64,000 nucleotides of DNA from an uncultured virus (IMG/VR IMGVR_UViG_3300048587_001148) (lineage: Duplodnaviria; Heunggongvirae; Uroviricota; Caudoviricetes). Positions within the stretch are counted from its first letter, which is position 1; the number at the start of each line of letters is the position of its first letter. The stretch lies in the IMG/VR virus record IMGVR_UViG_3300048587_001148. One strand, given 5' to 3'. Positions 57,608 to 64,000 of the stretch are shown in pieces. A program made the position numbers and the translations under genes. The notes beneath the pieces were generated by a model. The model searched no databases and was not told the origin of the DNA. It worked only from the letters and a program-made list of their open reading frames with translations.

Positions 57608-58504
57608 TTACGGTCGCTGAATCCGGCCTGGGGGTGGCACAGGTCTCCCTAGATCGATCACCTGAGGTTCTCGCGGATGCTGCACCCTTGACCAGGCACC
57701 GTAGAATGTGACCTCTTCCGCCGTGATCGACACCTCCTCGCTCTCGGCCGCCAGGACCTCATCAGTATTGACGTGCCCGCTAAGGAGGGCATACGCCAGG
57801 AGGCGCGCGAGCGCGCGTGTGACCTGTGGATTCTCGCCGTACACAGCAATGTGATCGCTGAGGGTCTCGACGATGCCTGCGTCAGGTTCCCCGACGGCTT
57901 CCGAGCGCCAATCCTGGAGATGGTCAGCCCAACCCTGCTGTAGCTCAGCGTCCGCCTCGCCGGTGTACCCAACCATGGCCACCTCAAGGTCGTCCTGGAG
58001 CCAGGCAGGATACGGTGCCTGCAGGATGCTGGGGCTCGCGAGTGCGGTTCGCTCACTCTCATTCCGCGACCCTTCGGCCTCGAGTGTGCCGCTGTCAACG
58101 TCGAGGCGTACAGTGCCTTGCCCGCCGTAGTTGTCCTCGTAACCCAAGGGAACCGCAAGGGCGAGCAGGCTATCCAGTTGCTCCTCAAGGTCGTCGGGGA
58201 GATCGACGGGCTGCCCTGCGTGGTCCACGGCCAGGATATCCCAGGTGTCCCCTTCGTCGCCGTAGCCACAATAGGTCAGCTCTGCCGTGGCGACGCCGGC
58301 GGCCTGCAGGCGGGGACCGACGATGGCTCGCCAGTGCTGGTTGCGCTCGTCCTGCTGCTCCCGGATCTCCGCGAGAACCGTCTCGGGCAACTTGAGCGTG
58401 GGGTTGTCGGTGTCCACCTTGAGGAGCTGACCCAGGTAGCCGTAGATCAGCCGTTGCGCAGCAGCTCGCGCTTCATCTTCAGGTGGAATCGGCGACGCGG
58501 ACAT
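57608..58504 (-). CDS. DUF6878-like acidic protein with C-terminal extension
   Basis: ELTYCGYGDEG...GYEDNYGGQGTVRLDV...YPAWLQDDLE...RLLAYALL. Confidence 0.75.
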   Translation of the reverse strand: MSASPIPPEDEARAAAQRLIYGYLGQLLKVDTDNPTLKLPETVLAEIREQQDERNQHWRAIVGPRLQAAGVATAELTYCGYGDEGDTWDILAVDHAGQPVDLPDDLEEQLDSLLALAVPLGYEDNYGGQGTVRLDVDSGTLEAEGSRNESERTALASPSILQAPYPAWLQDDLEVAMVGYTGEADAELQQGWADHLQDWRSEAVGEPDAGIVETLSDHIAVYGENPQVTRALARLLAYALLSGHVNTDEVLAAESEEVSITAEEVTFYGAWSRVQHPREPQVIDLGRPVPPPGRIQRP

Positions 58505-58623
58505 TAAGGCCTGTCTCGGTGGGTGCGGACGGTTGATCCACCATACTATAAGGACACCCCCTTTATGAAACAGTCCATCATTCCGATTCCTCCCGGTCAC
58601 GAGCTCGGTGGCTGCAGATGAGA

Positions 58624-59238
58624 TCAGCGCGTTGCGCGAACGCTGGCGAGTGTTCGCTGCCAATCGCGCCTGGGGGAGTCCCCCCCGCTCACCCAGAGTG
58701 CCCCTCCGTCATCTGGTGATCCCACGTTAAGTGAGTGGACCCACTGCTGGTCCCCTCTGGTGATCAACTCGAAACAATAACCTCTGCTTCGGAGGTGTGC
58801 GCACGCGCCGAGCCCAACATGGCTTCTGCGGATACAGCGTGCGATCGCTGATGAGATCGGACGGATGTGATACGCTCTGCGGTGTTGCTGGCCAACCACG
58901 GCCCAGCGCTTTGGCGTGCCACCAAGAAACCACTGCCCGTCGGCAGACTGCCACAGGCCAAACTCTGGCTCGCAATCGTACGATGTGACCCCGCCCCTCC
59001 AGCGTAGCGGGAGTGCGGGAGGCGTGTGCCACGCGGCACTTCGCGCTGATGTCGATTCTGCCTCGCGCCCCTCGAGTGCTCGTGCCTCCTCGCCCAGGTC
59101 CAGCGCTGCCGACAGGTCTCCTAGGCCGGCCATGTGGAGGGCGCAGCGATGTAGATGTTCGATCACCTCATCCGCTTGCCCCCTGGGTGTGATGGGATGA
59201 TTCTGCAGTGCAGGTTCCGTCGCGTTCAGTACGTCCAT
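58624..59238 (-). CDS. Hypothetical protein downstream of the antitoxin-like gene
   Basis: Starts MDVLNATEP and overlaps the upstream stop by 13 nt. Confidence 0.55.
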   Translation of the reverse strand: MDVLNATEPALQNHPITPRGQADEVIEHLHRCALHMAGLGDLSAALDLGEEARALEGREAESTSARSAAWHTPPALPLRWRGGVTSYDCEPEFGLWQSADGQWFLGGTPKRWAVVGQQHRRAYHIRPISSAIARCIRRSHVGLGACAHLRSRGYCFELITRGDQQWVHSLNVGSPDDGGALWVSGGDSPRRDWQRTLASVRATR

Positions 59239-59651
59239 TGGTTGTCCGGCAGAACCTGCTTGGAGACCGCCTGGTCGTCGCTCCATTCCTGATCGTCGTC
59301 GGTCGCCGCGGTGGCATGAATACGCTCGAGGACCGCCTGCCAGGCGCCGGCGCGCATGAGAGCGAGTGGGCTCTTGCCTCCGACGCGGTGGTCCCCGGAC
59401 CGCAACCAGCGAATCCGTGCCCCGACTTGCGGAAAAGTGGCAGCTAGGAGGATCGCAATCGCCCCGGGATAGATCAGCGCGCGTCGCACTCCATAGGAGA
59501 GCCGTGAGATTTCCTGGGCCCGGTAGAGTGTGTTGATAGGCACCCCGATGCCGCTCGCAAGCTCTCGGAGTGTGAGCCCCAGTACGCTGCACAGCATGGT
59601 CACGGTGACGTCGCCATTCGCCCGACGTTCGCGGCGGCTCCAGATCCGCAT
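59226..59651 (-). CDS. Xre/MbcA/ParS-like antitoxin (HTH plus C-terminal toxin-binding-like domain)
   Basis: LGLTLRELASGIGVPINTLYR HTH; TFP......WLR......GGKSPLALMRAG....V is the MbcA/ParS C-terminal pattern. Confidence 0.7.
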   Translation of the reverse strand: MRIWSRRERRANGDVTVTMLCSVLGLTLRELASGIGVPINTLYRAQEISRLSYGVRRALIYPGAIAILLAATFPQVGARIRWLRSGDHRVGGKSPLALMRAGAWQAVLERIHATAATDDDQEWSDDQAVSKQVLPDNQWTY

Positions 59652-59859
59652 GGAGGCGCCAGGCGTGAGCCGTCCGTCTTCGTGTGTCGGCTCATGTCGT
59701 CGTGGGTCAATACCTGCGTACCACATCTCCGTGTGCCCCTGACGCCAAATGTCGAGATCAACCCCTGCCGCCCCCACCGTGTTGGGGGCCCTGATAGCGT
59801 GGGGGAGCTCGGGCTGGTACGCCAAGAGGTCGGCAGCGGAGGGGGCGAGCCCTTGGGAC

Positions 59860-60513
59860 TTAGGTGTCCGGCAAGACCTGTACGCCCCGGGTGATCCAGC
59901 TCGGGCGTCCGACGGACGGAAGAGTGCGAATCCACATCTCCACCGTCGGAATACCGCGGTACGCCCGCGCCAGGAGGTGCTCCAGAACGACACGGGTCGG
60001 GACACGACGCTGGTCCGAAGGGCGAAGGAATGTCACGCCCAGCGCTCGCTCTCCCAAGAAGATGCCGAAGGTGTGGTGCAGCATGGGCCCGATGGTTTCG
60101 GGGTCCCCAAGACCCTCTCCGTCGTCGAGCCAGCGGATGATCCGGTCATAGTCTGTGATCGTTCCGCCGACGCGGCGCCTGACGAAGTCGGCATCCCAGG
60201 CGAGACGAGCGAGGGCGCTGCCGCCGTATCGCCAATCCGCGAGGGACGGAACCCATCCCAGATCCTCTTCGACGTGCTGATTGCCCAGCGCTTCGATCGG
60301 CATAATCACGCCATCTGAAGCACGTGGTGGCGCCACGCCGAAGTGTCGGACCGCGAGCCGCACTCCCTCAGTGTGGTGCAGGACCATGCGGTGTAGTGGG
60401 CTGACAGAGGTCGCCTTGGATCGGTCGAACCAGCTGTGTAGCTCGAGATAGTCCTCGACCTGGCCACCGAAGCGGCGAACCGACGAGAGTGCATGGTGAT
60501 AGCTGTGTCCCAT
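59860..60513 (-). CDS. DUF6915-family protein with two tandem domains
   Basis: MGHSYHHALSSVRRFGG..EDYL.LH.WFD.SK...HR..LHH.EG...QHVEEDLG.VPSLADW, followed by a degenerate second copy. Confidence 0.8.
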   Translation of the reverse strand: MGHSYHHALSSVRRFGGQVEDYLELHSWFDRSKATSVSPLHRMVLHHTEGVRLAVRHFGVAPPRASDGVIMPIEALGNQHVEEDLGWVPSLADWRYGGSALARLAWDADFVRRRVGGTITDYDRIIRWLDDGEGLGDPETIGPMLHHTFGIFLGERALGVTFLRPSDQRRVPTRVVLEHLLARAYRGIPTVEMWIRTLPSVGRPSWITRGVQVLPDT

Positions 60514-60630
60514 GCGGCAACCATACACGTCTCGACGCGCCACCCAAGCGTATGGTACCTTCCAGTCGGCGGGCTCACGGTCACGCCATCCCACCGAGAG
60601 GCAGGAGGGGTCAGGGTGTCAGCCAAGTCT

Positions 60631-61122
60631 ATGGAGCATGAACGCAAGTTCGCTGTGGCGACCCTTCCATCGGGGATGCGCCATTCTTCGGAATGGCTCC
60701 CTGTCACGATCGTCCAGGGATACCTGCAGACCGGCGCCCTCGAATGGCGGGTTCGTTATGCGTCAAGCGGTCACGCATGGCTCACCGTCAAGGATGGCCA
60801 TGGTCTGTCGCGGGGAGAGCGCGAACGCATCATCCCCCCTGCCCTGGCCTGCCGGATGTTATCCATGACGCCCGTCGGGCTCATCAAAGTGCGCCATGAA
60901 CACGCTTCCGGCTGGACACTGGACTGCTACCACACCGCGGCGGGGAAGATGTGGGTTGCGGAGTGTGAGCTCGACGAGCCGCGGGCGGACCTTCCCGCGC
61001 TTCCTGCCGGGCTGGTCCTCGGTGATGAGGTGACGGGCCACCCCTCTTGGAGGGCACAGGCGCTCGCACAGCCATGGACTCCCAGCGAAATCTCCGCGGT
61101 GCTTGACAGCTTGCCCGACTGA
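60631..61122 (+). CDS. CYTH-domain (triphosphate tunnel metalloenzyme) protein
   Basis: MEHERKF, IVQGYL, RVR, LTVK..G..R.E.E, K.R, W..D, AECE, EVTG. Confidence 0.88.
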   Translation: MEHERKFAVATLPSGMRHSSEWLPVTIVQGYLQTGALEWRVRYASSGHAWLTVKDGHGLSRGERERIIPPALACRMLSMTPVGLIKVRHEHASGWTLDCYHTAAGKMWVAECELDEPRADLPALPAGLVLGDEVTGHPSWRAQALAQPWTPSEISAVLDSLPD

Positions 61123-61234
61123 GCTCCAGCAGGGGATCCTGGTGTTCCGTCCAACTACCTCGTCAAGGGTTTGCTGGAACGACCGCTTGGGGGCCTTCCG
61201 ATGTGGTCTTGGCCAAGAATGTGCTACTCTGGCG

Positions 61235-62512
61235 TTACCACTGGGTAGGTTGATACGGGGGAGCCGTACATCGCAGGCGCCTTGGAGATGCCTCACAGAG
61301 AATGACGGCCATGACGGAATCCGCGATCGCCTCGGCGCGCGCCCTGGAGCCCACGCTCACCTTGAGTGGCCCGCGAACTCTGAAGTCGACCTGATGCCCT
61401 AGTTCGTGCGCAAGCACTGCTGCCATTTGCTCGCCGTCCTCCTCGTGCGTGTCAATGATCGCCACTTGGGGTCGCCATGCTGTAAACCCGACGGCGTTCC
61501 GTCGGTCGAGCAGCCAGCTATGCCAGCGCCGTGTCGTGCCGGTAATGATCAGGCCGCCCGGGAACCGTGCGGGGGTAAGGGGACGCCAGGTGGCGACGAT
61601 GGAATCCAACCTGGCCTGTTGTGCAGCCAGAAAGCTTGGGGCATGCTCCGGTGAGCACGCAGCCGACCAGAGGGTGCTCGTCCTCCCGCACGGACCTGTG
61701 GCGCCGCGTGTAAGCCCTTCACGCTCCATGTACCGCAGGAGCGCGGCCGCCACCAGCCATCCGTCTGTGCGCGTCGCGGGATGGATCACGGCATCGCCTG
61801 CTGACCGGTGTATTGCACTGAGGATGTCCCGCCCGCCGCGTCCTGGTGCTTCGCGAAGGCGCCGACGTTGCTCGCGAAGCTCATCCGCCTCTGCGGCATC
61901 GAGCTCTGCCAGCCACCGCTGCAGTAGTGGCCACCACGGGAACGGAGCGGCGACACCCTCAGCAAGCCCTTCGAGCGTGACGGCACTGTGGAGCCACTCC
62001 GCCCCCCGGGGGTCCCGGACCATGCCAAGGGCGAGCATGGTCCCCGCCTCTCGGTACCATTCCCATGCCCGGGTATCACCGCGCCGTGAGAGGTCCCTGC
62101 TCGTCTCCATGGCCGCCTGCGCGCAGCGGCGACCCATCGCGGTTGTCTGTACCATATCGCGGCGGCAGGCACGGCGACGTATGGCCCCCGTGCATGTTCG
62201 GGATCTGGCGCGCCCCCAAGGCGGCTGGGTAAGTACGCGCCGCGGAGTGGGGGGCGCGGGCACCTGAGGTGCACACACTGACACGGTCGCCGGTGGCTCC
62301 GTGTGTGTTCCCGCGGCCATCCAGACGGCCGCCCGCGGTGCAAGAGCCCCCATGAGGAGTCGGCGATCGCGCTGTTCATCGTGTCGCCACATCGGATCTG
62401 CGGGGATCGTCGCCCCGATGTGCAGGACTCCACCCGTGAACAGTCCTGCCCCGCCGATGAGTGCCCACGACAGCCACCGCCGTCGTCGAGGCGCACTCTT
62501 GTCGGGAGTCAC
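61235..62512 (-). CDS. Membrane-anchored protein with a C-terminal HExxH metallopeptidase-like domain
   Basis: RRRRWLSWALIGGAGLF anchor; VAIID...AVLAHELGH...EAIAD; GTGA overlap with the upstream gene. Confidence 0.65.
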   Translation of the reverse strand: MTPDKSAPRRRRWLSWALIGGAGLFTGGVLHIGATIPADPMWRHDEQRDRRLLMGALAPRAAVWMAAGTHTEPPATVSVCAPQVPAPPTPRRVLTQPPWGRARSRTCTGAIRRRACRRDMVQTTAMGRRCAQAAMETSRDLSRRGDTRAWEWYREAGTMLALGMVRDPRGAEWLHSAVTLEGLAEGVAAPFPWWPLLQRWLAELDAAEADELREQRRRLREAPGRGGRDILSAIHRSAGDAVIHPATRTDGWLVAAALLRYMEREGLTRGATGPCGRTSTLWSAACSPEHAPSFLAAQQARLDSIVATWRPLTPARFPGGLIITGTTRRWHSWLLDRRNAVGFTAWRPQVAIIDTHEEDGEQMAAVLAHELGHQVDFRVRGPLKVSVGSRARAEAIADSVMAVILCEASPRRLRCTAPPYQPTQW

Positions 62513-62847
62513 GGCACCGGTGGGTGGTTTGCCCACTCTGGGGTTTCGTCGACTCCCTGGAAATCCACAGAGTCCCTCCGGTTCTTGCGCAGCGTTTCCG
62601 TGGTGAGCATGATCTGGCCATCCGTCCCAACGAAATACAGGCGAGCCTGGCCCGGTGTGATCGTGGCGTCGATGTGGATGCTGGGATTGCCTCGCGCCTT
62701 GGCGCGAAGAACTTTCGCCCATTTGAGCGCATCGTTGTCGTCGTCGGGGATACCGATCGCTTCCGGGAACTGGCCGGTGAGCTCGAACGTGCGGACGGCG
62801 CGCTCGGCGCCAACGAAGGTCAGATTGAGACGCAGCTCAGTATACAT
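62509..62847 (-). CDS. Hypothetical protein
   Basis: GAGGAG RBS before MYTELRL. Confidence 0.65.
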   Translation of the reverse strand: MYTELRLNLTFVGAERAVRTFELTGQFPEAIGIPDDDNDALKWAKVLRAKARGNPSIHIDATITPGQARLYFVGTDGQIMLTTETLRKNRRDSVDFQGVDETPEWANHPPVP

Positions 62848-62927
62848 CACATCACTCCTCGGGCATGCTGGGAGCTCCATGATGGGGGAGCTGATCGGAC
62901 CCCACCTACCCCGCCCTGGTGAGTGCT

Positions 62928-63236
62928 TCAGGTGAGGGATCGCCCTCTCGGGGTCGGGAGTTGTTTGAGTTGCTCGCGGGTCTCTCGTAGCATGCGCTGC
63001 AAGCCGTAAAGGAGGAAGACCGATCGATGACTCCGCTCGTCAGGCCGCCATTTTACCAGCCCGCCGTCCCCCGCGACCCAGAGTGTTCCCAGCGGTCCGA
63101 CGAAAATGGAGGGCTCGTGCTCCGGGAGGGGCAATCGCCAGGGGCCAGCGTCCAGGCTGCCAGAGTGCCTGACGAGCTCCGCATGCAGCCGGCCGACCTC
63201 GCGCGCGAGTCGGCCAATGCGGCCGGGGCGGCTCAT
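62928..63236 (-). CDS. Small hypothetical protein
   Basis: GAGGA RBS before MSRPGRIG. Confidence 0.55.
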   Translation of the reverse strand: MSRPGRIGRLAREVGRLHAELVRHSGSLDAGPWRLPLPEHEPSIFVGPLGTLWVAGDGGLVKWRPDERSHRSVFLLYGLQRMLRETREQLKQLPTPRGRSLT

Positions 63237-63368
63237 GTAGTCCTCGCCCTGGCGTAGGGAAGAGCATGGCGGTGTTCGGGCATGGTCATGTTTCCTGGGA
63301 AGACGTGGCAGGTGAGGACACCATACCCCCATGTCGCAACTGGTTGCGCCCCGCTCCCCGGGAGTGAC

Positions 63369-63989
63369 CTATGGGGCCTCCGACGGGCTGACCAGCCCCG
63401 TCCACCATTGCGCATCAGCCGGTCGCCGGCCGTCGCCCCATCGCCAGGCCAGGTAGGTGGCAAGCGCCTTGGGTCCGACCTGGTCAGGAGGCACGTTGCC
63501 CGACCGGCGTGCCGCAGGCGCCATGCGCCGGATCCACGCCAGGCGCCACTCCGGGTGGCGCTGCCAGAGCTGGAGTGCAACCGCGGAGGCGGCCGCCGAT
63601 GGCCGAGCACCTTGTGGGCGTGGGCAACTCGCGATGAGTCCGGCGATGGCGCCCGGGAGTGTGACCCAGCACGTGGAATCCCGCAGGGCAATCGGGAGGA
63701 CGGGCGGTGGACGGAGGGTGTCCGGAAACCCAGCCTCTCTCGCCCACAGCGAGATGCGATCCCACGCATCATCGCGTCGCACCACCGCCCAGTCCAGGGC
63801 ACTGGGCGTGGCGAGTGTCACGCCCCGGGAGCCCGCCCATGGGATCTGGCGCATGGCAAAGCTTGCTTGATGCCAGAGCGTCCGGGCGGGACGCTCACGA
63901 TCCTGGCAGCCCCGTTCTATCCATTCACGGAGTGAGTGTGGATCGTTGGCAGACCAGGGACAGGTACGGTCGCCGGGGTGATGGGGCAC
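63369..63989 (-). CDS. Trp-rich hypothetical protein, possibly truncated by the right window edge
   Basis: Open frame; the start may lie beyond base 64000. Confidence 0.5.
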   Translation of the reverse strand: MPHHPGDRTCPWSANDPHSLREWIERGCQDRERPARTLWHQASFAMRQIPWAGSRGVTLATPSALDWAVVRRDDAWDRISLWAREAGFPDTLRPPPVLPIALRDSTCWVTLPGAIAGLIASCPRPQGARPSAAASAVALQLWQRHPEWRLAWIRRMAPAARRSGNVPPDQVGPKALATYLAWRWGDGRRPADAQWWTGLVSPSEAP

Positions 63990-64000
63990 GCTGGTGATCC

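Noticed and set aside
39766..58504. Diversity-generating retroelement behind the paralogue families
   Set aside because: No reverse transcriptase and no near-identical TR/VR pair; the paralogues are diverged throughout.

Overview
GC-rich (roughly two-thirds G+C, estimated by eye) accessory DNA with no rRNA, tRNA, CRISPR array or core housekeeping operon. It reads like part of a very large extrachromosomal element (megaplasmid, ICE or jumbo-phage-like), probably from a Gemmatimonadota-like host; this is inferred from the style of several proteins. Recognisable genes: a Sak4/AAA_24-like ATPase, a very large S8 protease with tandem beta-rich repeats, an XRE-ImmA/IrrE protein lacking the catalytic Glu, a possible VirB2-like pilin, a DHH phosphoesterase, radA, a Xer-like tyrosine recombinase, an SF2 helicase, GT2, GH5, a TM-type RNase Z, a YspA/SLOG protein, a NadR-like P-loop kinase, a leishmanolysin-like lipoprotein, an orphan ScaI-family endonuclease, an acyl-CoA thioesterase, an AraC-like HTH, four DUF6878-like paralogues, a double-DUF6915 protein, an MbcA/ParS-like antitoxin and a CYTH protein. 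The strongest unexplained signal lies at 39.8-55.8 kb. There, eleven uncharacterised proteins from at least four sequence families all end in the same motif (h-G-[SHN]-x-x-[PA]-x-h-A-x-x-[AG]-L plus a short, often Arg/Pro-rich tail). Eight have a TATGGT/TATAGT -10 box 5-7 nt before the ATG (leaderless-type starts), and the other three are translationally coupled to an upstream gene. A perfect 34-bp dif/loxP-like inverted repeat sits in the middle of this cluster. Iteron-like tandem arrays with a shared GGCCAG core lie at 30.6-31.7 kb. All family assignments come from motif recognition by eye; no database search was run.
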